A stretch of 64,000 nucleotides of DNA from Narcine bancroftii. Taxonomy: Eukaryota. The notes beneath the pieces are model-generated. The model searched no databases, was not told the origin of the DNA, and saw only the letters and a program-made list of their open reading frames with translations. This document shows, one piece after another, positions 12,393-26,074 of the stretch. Position numbers and translations under genes: made by a program. Each line of letters begins with the position of its first letter. Position 1 is the stretch's first letter. Where the stretch lies: assembly GCF_036971445.1 (NCBI RefSeq), contig NC_091470.1, positions 152,892,001 through 152,956,000 of the forward strand. The letters run 5' to 3'.

Positions 12393-13400
12393 GTCCCAAG
12401 ATTACCAGACCCTTGCTAGTGTCCCAAGATTACCAGACCCTTGCTAGTGTCCCAAGATTACCAGACCCTTGCTAGTGTCCCAAGATTACCAGACCCTTGC
12501 TAGTGTCCCAAGATTACCAGACCCTTGCTAGTGTCCCAAGATTACCAGACCCTTGCTAGTGTCCCAAGATTACCAGACCCTTGCTAGTGTCCCAAGATTA
12601 CCAGACCCTTGCTAGTGTCCCAAGATTACCAGACCCTTGCTAGTGTCCCAAGATTACCAGACCCTTGCTAGTGTCCCAAGATTACCAGACCCTTGCTAGT
12701 GTCCCAAGATTACCAGACCCTTGCTAGTGTCCCAAGATTACCAGACCCTTGCTAGTGTCCCAAGATTACCAGACCCTTGCTAGTGTCCCAAGATTACCAG
12801 ACCCTTGCTAGTGTCCCAAGATTACCAGACCCTTGCTAGTGTCCCAAGATTACCAGACCCTTGCTAGTGTCCCAAGATTACCAGACCCTTGCTAGTGTCC
12901 CAAGATTACCAGACCCTTGCTAGTGTCCCAAGATTACCAGACCCTTGCTAGTGTCCCAAGATTACCAGACCCTTGCTAGTGTCCCAAGATTACCAGACCC
13001 TTGCTAGTGTCCCAAGATTACCAGACCCTTGCTAGTGTCCCAAGATTACCAGACCCTTGCTAGTGTCCCAAGATTACCAGACCCTTGCTAGTGTCCCAAG
13101 ATTACCAGACCCTTGCTAGTGTCCCAAGATTACCAGACCCTTGCTAGTGTCCCAAGATTACCAGACCCTTGCTAGTGTCCCAAGATTACCAGACCCTTGC
13201 TAGTGTCCCAAGATTACCAGACCCTTGCTAGTGTCCCAAGATTACCAGACCCTTGCTAGTGTCCCAAGATTACCAGACCCTTGCTAGTGTCCCAAGATTA
13301 CCAGACCCTTGCTAGTGTCCCAAGATTACCAGACCCTTGCTAGTGTCCCAAGATTACCAGACCCTTGCTAGTGTCCCAAGATTACCAGACCCTTGCTAGT
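12393..13400. repeat. Perfect minisatellite, 28-bp unit x 36
   Basis: gtcccaagattaccagacccttgctagt repeated without visible variation, 1008 bp, PHF13 intron 3. Confidence 0.97.
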
Positions 13401-13818
13401 TCGACAATTTAAAGAGGTCAGAAGAATCACTAGTTCCGTCAATTCAAAGCTGCCTTTTGTAGGGATGGTTAAAGGTTTGCAACTTATACCAGCCAATATA
13501 GCCCTCTCCTAAAATTGATGGTTCTATATTTGTTACTCATTATGGTGGTTAATGGTTTGATAATATTACCACTCATTGATGAAACTTCTCACAGCATGTC
13601 ACTCTTTTTGATGATTACATGGGTCACTCATGACTGATTTGTGTTACCTCAAATGAGGACAATTAACCCAGCACACACAAGTCAAACCATAAACATTCTT
13701 TGTCTGCAACCCTCAGTCTCACATCAAAGTAAATTTATCAGCTAAGGACACCCAGAATCTGTAACATCATTTAAGCAAGGCACCCGGTAACTATTTGACA
13801 TTTCTAATGTTCACTCAC

Positions 13819-14434
13819 CAGAATCTACCATGATGTCCTCGTCATTGCCCGTTGTATCCACATCCCTGAATACAACCTGCTTTCCCTGACGGAAAACAGT
13901 TCGATGTCTTTCCACTTTTTCACCTTTTCTCGTCTCGTTTGTTGCTTCTGTTGCAGTGACAGGCACAAAACAGCTGTCCTGGTCTTCATTTGGGAAGTCC
14001 GTGGGGGGCTCGGGGGCAAGAGACTCTGGGGCAATGGTTTCTGTGATAACAGGGGCTGGTGAGGCATCCACTTCCTCATGATCAGTGAATTTTGGTTTGG
14101 ACTCTGGATCTGGGTTAGGTGATTCCTGCTTGACCGTTTCCTTGATGTGTGGTTCTTCTATCCTTAGGTCCCCCTCTTTTGTCCTCATCTTGTGCTTCCT
14201 CTTCATCTTGTCAGGCTTCCTACGATTGAAGGCCGGCAGCAGGAAGCCACCAGATTTGTGATGCTTCAGAAATGAGTAACGTTTGCCTCGCTTGAAACCT
14301 GTTAAAGTTTTCCTGCGTTTAACCTTGGAACGAACGGACAACGGAAGGTCATTGTAGCGAAGATCCCAGGACTCACTGTCTGCTGTGCTCCCAGTGCTGT
14401 TGGGAGGACTGGAGCTGGTCCGTAGAGGTAAATC
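13819..14434 (-). CDS. PHF13: PHF13 exon 3
   Basis: cttcag|GAT TTA CCT...GAT TCT G|gtgagt; DLPLRTSSSPPNSTGSTADSESWD...VFRQGKQVVFRDVDTTGNDEDIMVDS; 616 nt, phase 0/1. Confidence 0.92.
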
Positions 14435-15029
14435 CTGAAGAGGCAAAAGACCAGACATCTCATCACATCAGGGCAGATAAATAATAGTCTGTACAGCTTA
14501 GTGGGAAGAACCCTCATCTCAAGGTCAGAAAGTAGCAAGTTTAACTCCACTCAAAACTGTTGAGCACATAATATGGGCTAAGTTGGGAAGGGGGTGTATC
14601 AGTCCTCTAACTTAAGGTCATATATTTGAAGGCAATTATCCAAGGATTAGTGACCCCCTCGATCAAAAATATAACTTTTTGGTACAGCCTCCACCCTCTC
14701 TACCTTTGTGGCTTCCAATTAAAATATTACCCTGATGTGGGAGGGGGTATAGTGTGTGACAGAAGGGAAGGGTCCAACAGACAAGAAAAGAAAGAGGGAA
14801 TTAGTGAGTGGAAAGGGAGCAAACAAGTGATAGGGGGGGGAAGGTGGGGGGGGTTGACAAAAGTGGAGGACTGAGCAAGAGGGAACAGAAGTTGAGCAAG
14901 GACAGGGGGTATAGTTATCATGTTGGAACAGGGAGGGAATTGGGAAAGAGGGAAAGAAAGAAGATGGTGGTGGTGCTGAGAGGGGTTGGGAGGGGAGGAA
15001 GGAAGGCAGATCTGCCTTAACGCCACTTT

Positions 15030-15440
15030 CCTACCTCAATATCCCTTAATTCCCCTTACATTCTGAAATATGTGTCTGCATAGAATCAATGTTTGAGCCT
15101 TTACAGCTCTCCAAGCTGTGCCATTCCCAAGATCCATCACTTTCCTGATGAAAGAAAAACCACCTCATTTTAGACCTGCTTACTTTGAGACGATGAGTTT
15201 TAATTCCAGCCTCCCCAACCACAGGAAATAACCTCCACATTGTGTATCCTCTTGAGTGCAGTAAAAGTTTTTCAATGAACTCACCTTTCATTCTTCTAAA
15301 CTCCAGAGACCTGACCCTACTCCATTTCTCTGCACTGCCATCGCAGGAATCAGCCTGACAAATTTTTGCTGTTTTCTCACATAAAAAGGGTATCAAATCT
15401 TGCACACACTACTCTAGATGTGGTCTCACCGAGCTGTACA
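15030..15440 (-). mobile_element. Degenerate CR1 LINE 3' fragment
   Basis: Minus-strand residues like SLEFRRMKG...LFPVVGE...HRLKV and cacactactctagatgtggtctcacc typical of CR1 RT C-terminus; boundaries approximate. Confidence 0.6.
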
Positions 15441-15474
15441 TAAATAGTAAAAAAAAACAGTTAATTAAACTCAC

Positions 15475-15576
15475 TTCCTGAGGGCAAGGGATGTATCCAG
15501 CATAAACCAACACAAAAGTGCAGAATTTGTTAAAATCTTCCACCGTTCTGCTCCTCTTATCAGCTGGGGAATAATC
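15475..15576 (-). CDS. PHF13: PHF13 exon 2
   Basis: cttctgcag|GAT...CAG GAA|gtgagt; [34 protein letters not shown], the conserved PHF13/PHF23 N-terminal motif; 102 nt. Confidence 0.95.
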
Positions 15577-17476
15577 CTGCAGAAGATGCAGAAAGAGAGA
15601 TGGATGGAGGTAAGAACTGAATTACGCAACACTAATTCACTGGCATTCTAGAACAAAAACCGATCTACTTGAAGAACTGGGCAGATCCTACAGCTCAGTG
15701 GGAGAAAAAGGATTGTGGATGTTGCAGGTTGAGACATTTCATTGAGACTTGAAGGGGTTTGCCTGTAACATCCACAATATCACTCCCCCCCCCCACCACA
15801 TTGATGTTTCTTGACCAAAGTACCAGTCTTTCATCTCACTTTTCAGTGGCAATCTGAGTGTGTATTGGTCGGCATCTTAACACATTTGTAATTATTCTTG
15901 TCTGTATTTTCGTTGTTTCATTAATAGTCCAAATGTTCAGCATCAACTCAAGATTCAATTTATTGTCTTGTAATAAAAATAGTGCAATATTACACGGAAT
16001 TTCTTTTCCTCTGCCTTAAGGCAGACAGATTTTGTCTTCGACAGTAATTGCCTGAGGCATCTCCAACAGTCAGAGAAAGAAGCAAACAAAAAGTCCCCGA
16101 GTGTCCGTGAATTCGCCTCCAGCCCTTCTGCAGCCACGCAGAGTCCAGTGCAAACCATCAGCAGCCCGAGCTAGAGTTTAAAAAATGTTTTACAAAATCA
16201 GCGTGGCGGTGGCATGCAAACTCTCCCTTGACCACAAGAATCTACTGTTGGATAAAGTTTTCAAACTGATTTCAGTTCAATGTGGAATGGATTAAGTACG
16301 AGTGCCTCCAGGACTTTTTCTGTCCAGTCCACGTTTTGCAGAAATCTGGGCAGAATTTTTAAACTCAGCGAGTTCATCGTAAAAAAAATAGGATCAGGTG
16401 GTTGTAATGGATAAAGAAAATTGAGAAACTGTTTCCACTGTGCGATGGGGAGAGCAGCAGCTCTTGGTGTAAAACGAACGGCACCTTGCGACATCAACCC
16501 GATGAGACCTCAGGCACCCAGAGTCCAGAATGACTCCGCTTTCAGGGGCACCGCGTTGTGTGTCATTAACGGGGAAGTGCCAACTTCACAGGAGAGACGC
16601 GCTCGATTCCCCCACTTGTGAAACCGAACTCGCTCTGAACAGTGGGGACAGACGGCGCCACGGGCTTGAAGCAGCGCTGCTGTGGCCGGCTTTCGCTTCC
16701 ATCGTGCAAATGGCATTTTGAATTCTTCCCTTGGGCTGACCTGCTCATTGTTCCCACCCAGTTGGAGACATTTCACTCGCTGGCAATTAAATCCATGCGA
16801 GTCCATCTTTCCTTGTCCCCGGACCAAGAAGCCGATTCATTCTTGAATGTTTCATGCCATTTATTAAATAGAGGGACACCGCCGCACGGATGGAACAATG
16901 CATTCAAGTCAGGACATTCTGGCATTGGTAAAATTACTGGTGACGGGCGGGGCGCCGCTGCAAGCCGGGGCCGAGGGGGAAGAAGCGGAGGTCAGTGGAT
17001 GCGCCGACCCGTCACGAGGAAAATAAAGATGAATATTTTCAAAAAGGAGGGAAAGGCAAGAAGAGGGGAGGGTCCGAGGCAAGATGGCGAATATTCATTA
17101 GTTTAAAAAATCAGGGACTGGCGATCTCCGAGCAATAGACATGGCCATTTGAAGGCAGGGAATTCAAAAGGGGAACGTTCCCCCTTCTTTAACCTGTCTC
17201 CCAGTGCAGGCGAGCGGCAGTGAAGGCGGTGGGCGACACGTTATTGTCAATCCATCTGCTCCGATTAATAAGGGGTTTAAATATATATGCAAATCAACAA
17301 GATGGCGCAAGTCGCTATACTCTACTCTGAACCCTCTGGGTTGAAATTGATCCGGCTGTCGACGGAAACCGACAAGAAATCAGCATTTGAAGTGGATTTT
17401 CTACATACAATGTCTTTTTGAATCGAGAAAAATCAATGTTACACAGATCCCTCAACCTTCCACCCCCGGCTCTTAC

Positions 17477-17512
17477 CTCCGAGTCGAAAGTTGAAGGCGA
17501 TTCAGAATCCAT
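17477..17512 (-). CDS. PHF13: PHF13 exon 1 (start)
   Basis: ATG at 17512, MDSESPSTFDSE|gtaaga; 36 nt, phase 0; resembles human MDSDS... start. Confidence 0.85.
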
Positions 17513-18799
17513 CTGTAAAAATCACAAAACAAAAGACCACATAATCACCGATGTTCCCTCCACTGACGAGGCTTGCGGGAGAGAAACAGATTGTCCTGCC
17601 AAGAGGCGAAGGAGTTCAGGGTTTGGGGGAGAATCGCCATGGAGGACGAGGCGGAGGCGGGGAGGAGGAGAAGGAGGCAGATTACGCTGCAAACTTTCCC
17701 GAATTTCCCCAACCTTTTTTCCCCTCCCGTTTTATTCCCACATGCATCAAGTCGAATATGAAACAGAAATGTAATCGCTTTGGGAGCATTTCGAAAGCCT
17801 AATCGTTCGCAAGGCAACGAGTCCCGAATGGCGTGGAGCGCTGGGCAGAATCTTACACTAGAAACCTTCCCATTTCAACACAGGAAAGTGTTTGCCCGCG
17901 ATTAAAATACAAGAGGACGAGCTCCGAATCCTCCAAATCGATGGAGCCGTTTCTCCAGTCAATGGACACGAGATAAACGCTGAACGCGCCTTTAAATTAA
18001 TGCAAGCTACCCCCGCCCGATAATATCCACGACTAAAGCGTGGCTTTTTGCCCACGATTTCCCCAAAATAAAGCTTCAATCAAAGGAAGAAAGAAAAGTT
18101 TCAAATCGTTTTCACATAGCAGGCTTAAAAAAGGGGGGGAAAAAAATCAGAATCTGGAACCCACCTTGGAAAGATTCCCTGGCGGAGCGATTTGTTGTAT
18201 GTGAATAAAAAGATTTCCCACATTCGAGGCTGTGACGGTATCCTTGCAAAATGTAATCGGATTCTGAAGAAGAAAATTATAATTAAAAATAAATGGATAC
18301 CTTTCTCCTGTCCGAATGATACAATGTAACAAAATCCTGATGTCAACCCTTAATCTTCATGCAAATGAAGTTCCTGCCATTCGATTCCTAGTTTTGGGGG
18401 GGGGGGGGAGCGATTGGGAAATATCCACTAATTTGTCTCATTTCACTCTCTGAAACGGAGGACCTTCATAAAAATATATAAATTACACTACAACAAATAT
18501 TTGTCTCAATCACCATCCTCGTTGTCAAACGAAGTTTTGGAGAAGTGCACGTCTCTCCTTCGCCATTACCCCCCCTCCCTCCCTTGGCTTATGTTCGTGT
18601 CCCGACCAACCCCCAGAAATAGTTGCAAACTGGAATTTGGAATAAGTTTTTTTTACCCTTATCTCCAAATTTACTTCTAAAGTACAAGGAGGTGGAGGGG
18701 GGGTGGGTGGGGTTGCGAGGTTAGTCGGCTGGCTGTTGGGTTAATCTTTCCAATAAGTGGCGCTGATTTTACACTTCGCCTTCTACGTCGTTTCTCGGG

Positions 18800-18927
18800 A
18801 CTCCCTCTGTTGTTGCAGGGGCGGAGCGGAGGAGAGAAGAAATCCCAGACGACCGGCCCGTGTCAGTTTCATCATCTTTTCAGTCTCCCCCATGTTCGCC
18901 CTCCAGCATTGTAGCCAACGCCTCCAG
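18800..18927 (+). other. Candidate non-coding first exon of KLHL21
   Basis: Strong donor CAG|gtaagc at 18927/18928 at the edge of the CpG island; first KLHL21 coding exon starts with an acceptor (31653), so an upstream exon is needed. 5' boundary unknown. Confidence 0.5.
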
Positions 18928-19619
18928 GTAAGCCGAGCAAGTGATGATCCTGCCGTTCCAGGTTCCCTGGCGCTCAGCGCACAGAAATGGTTTGAAAATT
19001 GTGCTTATTTTTCAGAAAGATTATGGAGTCGTTTTGTTTTCGTTTTATATTATCAATCCTGTCACGGGGAGGTTGATGTTTTCTCTGTGGAGCTGTAATT
19101 TCCACGTGCTGGAGAGAGAGTGAAGGGGTGTTTCTGGTGTCTTCAATCCCACAAATCTCTCATTCACTATCCCTTGAATGTACGTGTAGGCTGTTTCTGG
19201 CTTCCATCTAACCAGTCTTTACAAAAGTCGCGATGTTTGTTTATTAGCTTTTAATTCGAAAAATACTTCCAAAGGAATAGAGTTGTTACTGTGTTTTTGG
19301 TTGGTTTGTCTGTTCGAATATAATCGAGGTGCTGGGGTTTATATCTATTGAATACCCGGGCATAGGTTGTAGGCCTGGGGGGTTGGGAGTCAAATAATTT
19401 AAAGTAGTGGGTGGTAAGTCTTCCGAGTATGGAATTTTTTTTTGTTTTAAGGTACTGTAGTTACTGCACGCTTGGCGGTTATTCGGTCCATCGAGCCTAA
19501 AAAGGTTCAATCCAGCCAGTGTCACACCCTGAGTTCTTTCCTGTAAGTTATTTTCATTTAGCATTCTCTGGCTCTCATTTTAAAGTTGCAATTGATCATC
19601 ACCCCACTTCTACTTTATT

Positions 19620-20260
19620 TCCAGCTTCTTACCGCTTCCTTTATTTAGTTCGTTTACCAATTGTTGTCATTTAAATGTCTTCCTCCCCCACACGCGCATT
19701 CTGGAGCCCTCCCACACTGGGAACAAATTCTCTCCGTCGACTGTCTGCATACTTCACGGTTTTAAATGCCTCGATCAGATCTCCTTTCAACGATCAGTGT
19801 TCCAAGGGGTTAGTCCCTTCATTTGCCGTCTTTGCACATGACTAAGGACCCCCAAACCCAAAATAATTTTCGCAAATCTCTTCTCCAAAGTATGGTGGAC
19901 AAAGCTGGATAAGTTGCTGATTACCACACTCTTAGGAAGGTCTAACAGAACTTCCTTACTATTGTATGTTACCTCTATTTATAAAACCTAGAATCCGTAT
20001 ACTATGCCACATTCAACATTCTTCTGCCCCTTTTAGAACTATGCCTCTTCTCATTTGTCCCACTGACATACAACACCACATTTGTCAGCGTTAAATAATA
20101 TTCTCTTATTCTCCTAGACAGTCTTGCATAGTATTATGTTATCCTCATAATTTGCAATGCCTTGAAAATTTGTATCATCAAATTTGGAAATGATACCCAG
20201 TGCAATTAAATCACATAGTTACAAATTTAAATAAAAATGTAGTGGTCCTCATACTGACCT
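19620..20260 (-). mobile_element. Old CR1 LINE fragment
   Basis: Decayed CR1-like RT 3' region (cagatctcctttcaac, caccacatttgtcagcgttaaa, tttgtatcatcaaattt); approximate. Confidence 0.45.
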
Positions 20261-23179
20261 GGGGTTGGTTTGGGAGGGGTTGCAATTCTTTTCAGCAAAA
20301 GAGAGGAAGACGTAAAGCTGAAAAGTACAGTCAGTTAGCTTACGTCTGACGTGGGAAAAGTTTTGGAAACTATTGATAAAAACATGGCAGACCAGTTAAA
20401 AAAAAAATAAGGCAATCTGGCAAATACAAAAACACAAAACCTGTGGATACTGGAATCTTGAAACTCAAAGAGTCAGGCTCCAAACTATACCTTCATAATA
20501 GCACATATCAAAGGTGATTTCTGGAAATAAGAACATGTGATAGAAGAGGTTGTAACACACTGACTCACAACAAGTAGTAGGAATAAATTGATCCTTTGCT
20601 GGTTGGTGAAATGTAAAGGGCTCATTGTGGGGCATTGACTTACCAAATCTCTCAAATGATTTGAATATAGATCATTAATGTTCTGCCTCAGAATTTTTTC
20701 CATTGCCTTACTGTAAGGCTCGCAGGTCTGTAGTTGCTTTTTCTGCTGTTTTTCTTTCCTCTTTATTTTAAAAAACCTTTTTCATGTCTGAACTCGTGGT
20801 TTTTTTTATGTCCAATGAAAATTTCAGTCACAAGCAACATATAAAGCAAAAACTGTACTCATTTGGAATGTCTTGACATGCTCTCCCAACAACCGGAATT
20901 GGAGCCACAATTTGTTCTTTTATTTAGCTTGTTTATTGGCTCATTCTTTATTTAATTTATTCAACATTGTGTTCTTAAACTACAACAGATTTATATTTTG
21001 GCAGCTGAGAAGTGCATTATAATTTCTCAATCAATCCTTTTTCTTCCCCTGCCTCTGTCATATTTATTATTTATCAGAAGGCTAAAATTTCCAGATTGTT
21101 CTTTACCATTTGGATGCAAAGTACAAATGAAGAAGCCTTTTCAAATTCAATCAAAACATTACATGATATCCACAAAGTATCACTGGCCTCAAATGTACCT
21201 GTTGATATCACATGCTCCTTCCAGGGATATAACCAGGGGGGAGGAAGGGAACTGGAATTCACAATCCTCTTCTGCTTTCTCTTATCAGTTTGTGTAGAGC
21301 AACAGTGTCCAGATTTAAACCGTCCAGTGTATTGGAATAAGTTGAGCCAGACAGGTGATTGTCAGATGCCCATAAGAAATTCAGCTCTGTTATTTTTGTA
21401 TTGGTCCATCTTGAGTTGTTTTGATTTCATGTGCACACTTCCCTGACTGCAACAAGAATCTAATACCTGTGTGGCATGGCTGTACCTGTAGACTTTCATG
21501 TTTCACTCCACAATTAATTCATTTTGCCTATTTTTCAATGGGTTAATAGTTTTCACCATTGAAAATTTAATAAAATGTGCAGGCTGCTAATTCCATTGAT
21601 GACAGATAGGAAAATGTACTTTGGGGATGTGGAATTGAAACATCACCAACAGTTCATTACTATCTCTTGGGCAACTGTGAACAGTCAATAGCTGGTCTTG
21701 TCTCTGATACCTACCTTCCTAAAATGAATTTAGAAAATTATGCAGAGATTTCAGGTTCAGCGATATCCGTGCTCAGTTGGGGCAGTCGTTCTGGGATTGG
21801 GTGTAATAATAAGCTTAAAGGAGCAGAAAAGTGGTTGTTGAATGATTTTCAAGAAGATGCACCACAGTACAGTATTGGGTATAGGGTGAGGATGGGATTG
21901 AGGCATGGGTGTAACACCAGGTGTGGTGAAAAACAACTTGCATTTGTGCAGCATCTTTAACCTAAATTAAACGTAGCAGAGCTGTTCGTAAAGATAGTTA
22001 GCAAACAAAATTTGACATTGGAATTCAGTCAGCAAAGTATTGGGTTTAGACAGAGGAGGTTATTCAGAGAAGCCTGCTAAAGGCAAGACGTTCAAAGGTA
22101 AAGTACAGTAATTAAAATTTTATTGCCCTGACCCAGGTGTTTTGGACTAGCCATTTGTGGGGCTGTAAATGTCATGGATTGCTGGGGTCTTGAATAAAAA
22201 AAAATTAGTGAGGCGATTAAAAGCGTGGAGATAGCTCATCTTGCCATAATTTATGGCATTTTATTGAAGCAAATGATGCTCCATCAGGAATTGAGAGTGC
22301 TATTTAAATATGTAATTCTTCATTTAGTTTTGTGACACAAGTTGAAACCATCCTTTTAAGAAGACTGGGTATTAATGTGAGATATGTGAGTTTCTCACCA
22401 TTTTGCTGTCTGTGTGTGCATTGCCAGGATATGATGTCAGTAATTGTTTACTCTCTTGCATCTTTTTGAGATAAGTTTGGACAATATGTGGCCAGACTCT
22501 CCCATCATGGGAGTGGGATGGATGAGCCAAGTCTGATTCAGCCTTGTCCAAAAGCATACTGCCTATCTTGAAGGGGTTTACTCCTCCCTACGGCAAGGGT
22601 TACAGACTTGTCTCTCGTTCTGAATTTCGCCAGCTCAACACAGACTAAGACGTTGCTTGTCAGCGTAGTAAAAGTCACAGTTAACAGCTGTCTCAGAAAC
22701 AACTGTGTCTCCAAGAGCTTTTTGTGTGCAGGCAAAGGAAACAAATAAGGAACTTGTGCTTATTTTTGCCCCCTTTGTCCTGGAAAGGCAGCAACAATCT
22801 GAATTTCTATAATGCATTAGCTTCAGGCAGGATAATGGTGGATGGCAACAGGTTAAAATTGCTGGATGACAAGAATAGTCACACTTATCATGTGTGAGTA
22901 AATGTAAATTATTTTTCTTTAAAAAAAATTTTTGCCTCCCCTTTCCCCCTCCACCCCATTTTTTTGTTCAAGACCCCATGGGTCTCAGATTATTTTTTTC
23001 AACTGATTTTTTTTAATTTTTGCTTCATTTTTCTCTTTGACCCTTCTCCTGAAAATGACAGAACTTCAAGAGTAGCTCTGGTTCTAACTAGTTCCACGTT
23101 TGTAAATCTGCACTTTCCTGAAATGCATGCAGTTGGCAGTAATGTGGTAAAATGGATCAGTAAATTGCAAAAATGAAGA

Positions 23180-23975
23180 GAACACTAAAATTAGGGGTAC
23201 AGTGGACACCAAGGAAGGTGTTGAAAGCCCGCAGCTGGATCGAGAGTGGCTGGAAAAATGAACTGCAAAATGGTAGATGAAATTTCATGTGGTCAAGTGT
23301 GAGGTGTTGCACTTTAGGAGGAAAAACACAGTTAGAACTTGCACAATAAATGGTCGGGAACTGCAGAGTGCGGTAGAACCAAGGGATCTGGGAATACAGA
23401 TATGTAATTCTTTAAAAGTGGCACCTACAGGCAGAAGTAGACAGGGTCGTAAAGAGAGCTTTTGAAACATTAGTCTACATAAAGTACACGAGTTGAAATG
23501 CTATGCTGAAGTTGTAAAAGCCATTGGTGAGGTCAAATTTGGAGTATTGTGTGCAGATTTGATCACCTAAGTACAGGAAATACTGTATATCAATGAGATT
23601 TGAAAGAGCAGAGAAAATTCACAAGGATGTTGCCTGGACTTGAGGAGCTGAGTTACAGGAAAATATTGAATAGGTTCAGACTTTATTCCCTTTGGAGAAT
23701 GAGGGGAGATTTGGTAGAGGTATACAAAATTATGAACCTCGGAGCCTTTTGCACTGAGGTTAGGTGAGACAAGAACTAGACATGGATTATGGGTGAAAGG
23801 TGAAATGCTTGAGGGGAACACTTGGGGGAACTTCTTCACACAGAGGATGAGGAGAGTGTGGAACAAATTGCCAACAAAATTGGTGGATGCAGATTTGATT
23901 TTGACATTTGAGTAATTAGGATAGCTACATGGATAGTAGGGTATGGAGGGCAATTTTCCAGGTATAGATTGATGA
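23180..23975 (+). mobile_element. CR1 LINE 3' fragment
   Basis: MKFHVVKCEVLHFRRKN...RDLGIQICNSLK; LVRSNLEYCVQ-like motif; frameshifted. Confidence 0.8.
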
Positions 23976-24027
23976 AAAGTAAAACACAAAAGTCTGAGAC
24001 TTGGGGGAATAACAGTTAGACACAGAA

Positions 24028-24291
24028 CTTCTTCTTTGGCTTGGCTTCGCGGACGAAGATTTATGGAGGGGTAAATGTCCACGTCAGCTGCAGGCTCGTT
24101 TGTGGCTGACAAGTCCGATGCGGGACAGGCAGACACGGTTGCAGCGGCTGCAGGGGAAAATTGGTTGGTTGGGGTTGGGTGTTGGGTTTTTCCTCCTTTG
24201 CCTTTTGTCAGTGAGGTGGGCTCTGCGGTCTTCTTCAAAGGAGGTTGCTGCCCGCCAAACTGTGAGGCGCCAAGATGCACGGTTTGAGGCG
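24028..24291 (-). mobile_element. Young RTE-clade LINE 3' end
   Basis: Reverse complement near-identical to 39532-39795 (about 5 differences); ends in ccaagccaaagaagaag tail. Confidence 0.88.
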
Positions 24292-26074
24292 ATACTGAAG
24301 GGTTCTCTCCTGGTGTGGGGGGGGGGGGGAGTGTTCTATGGATACCTGAACCAACTTTGCAAGGCAAGGCAATGAATTGTGTTACTTACAGAACTGTTGT
24401 TTTGAGAAACTAAAGGGTGCAGGTTGGGGCAAGTTCCATTTCTCTTGTCTGGATTGAGGGAAGTAGTCTTAGAAAAGAAGTTTTCCAGGTAAAGGAGATT
24501 TTGGGGTGTTCTGATTTCAGGATGGAAGAAGGAATATGTGGGTTCTGCTCAATTGTAAGAGGTGAGGAAGAGCCAGAGTGAATTGTGGAGCTGTAGGAAG
24601 AAGTGTGTCCAATTTGCAATAAAGAATTTTGTCGGAGACCACAAGGCAATAGGTGGGGTAGGTTTAATGCTTCGATTTCAAACTTTTGGAAGTTTGTAGT
24701 TCATGGCCATCTGAGTGACATAGAGAGATCTTTGCTTTCTGATTTGCAGGTTTTTGATTAATAACAGTGTTTATTGAAATGGCATTTGGCTAAACGTGGA
24801 CACTGTATCCTTAGTGTAGATTGCCATCTCCCAACTGTTAAGTCTTCGGATCAAAGTATGTATAATTACTGTTCAGCTAAAAACAGAATTTGAGCATAAT
24901 GAAATTAAATTGGCCAAAAGATGACAATTTTAACCATTTATTAGAACGTACGGTTTTTCAGCAAACCAGAAACCGTCCACTATTTCCAAAGTTCAGTTGC
25001 CAAAAGCATTCCTCAATGCACAAACTCCGATTTTAAAACTGGTGAGCTTGTGCTGCCTTCACCCATTACGATCATATTGGGGCCATGTTCTGGGCAGGTA
25101 TGGGAGCTTAACACTGGATGTATGACAGGTCCATATTTCCTGCTGATTGACCTGAATAAATGTTTACATTTGGTCTTAGATGAACATAGTTGAGCAGAAG
25201 CTTAGATTTAATTTAATCTTGATAACACAAATGCACTGTTTCCGTGCATGGTACTTTGAAATTCAGTTTTGAGATCTGGGTGCAGTAGGGCAACATTCCT
25301 TGACCATCTTTAATTGCCCTTGAGAAGATTGATATCGTGTGGTGAATCAAATTGGCTGAAGACTGGCTTCTGTGGTGGTGGGATTTCCAATTATTGGCAG
25401 AGATCCTTTCTGAGATTTGTAAAGTTCAGTTGAAATGTGTATATTTTTTAAAAAAGGATTTGCACAATTTGTACTTCGTGGAGCAAAATGACCTATGATT
25501 TGATGTCAATATTTTCCATTAACAGAAAGAACATTTAGTTTGATCAGAAGGTCATTGAGAGGTGAACACTGGTCAGGAAGGACTCGTCCCACGGTTGAGG
25601 GAAGGTTTTGTGTGCACCTCAAAAGTCACCTGATTTGATGATACATTTTAACACTGACACAGGAGCCCAGCGTGTAGTAACAAAAGGTGTGAAATTGCTT
25701 TCCATTAAACTTGGCTGACATCAGCATTATTGCAAAAACATAAAATACTAAGGACATGTTACAAAATGCTTGTGACAAAGAATACGAACTTGCATTAAAT
25801 GCCACTTTAGTCTGACTGAACTGCATAGGATTAGAGCATTCCTGGCTTTGGAACTTTTGCTCCTTGCCCTTGTACAACTTCATGGTATTGTGTGTTATAA
25901 CCAGTTGCTTTAAAGTTTCTGGAATGGAAATGAGGGCAGTTTCTTTGTTCTGTGTAATTCTGTTTCTCTTTCTGAACAATTTGTGTCCAACTGGATCTGG
26001 CCATTAAAATGCAGTTTTCTGTGGTCTGTAGGATTTTTGTGCTTCTGCCATAGCCTTGAAAAGATGGTGCTCCT

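Larger units (their letters stand above)
16450..19000. promoter_or_regulatory. CpG island / divergent promoter region of PHF13 (-) and probably KLHL21 (+)
   Basis: High CpG density; YY1 CAAGATGGCG (~17081, 17298), octamer ATGCAAAT (17287, 18359), GC box ggggcggag (~18817). Confidence 0.7.

Noticed and set aside
12393-13400. 28-bp repeats as a CRISPR array
   Set aside because: Head-to-tail units with no spacers, no cas genes, vertebrate intron.
16421-19123. Many 60-150 aa ORFs in the CpG island
   Set aside because: Expected in GC-rich DNA; no domains apart from the 12-codon PHF13 exon 1.
23567-24367. 266-aa minus-strand ORF
   Set aside because: Chimera of off-frame RTE and antisense CR1 sequence.
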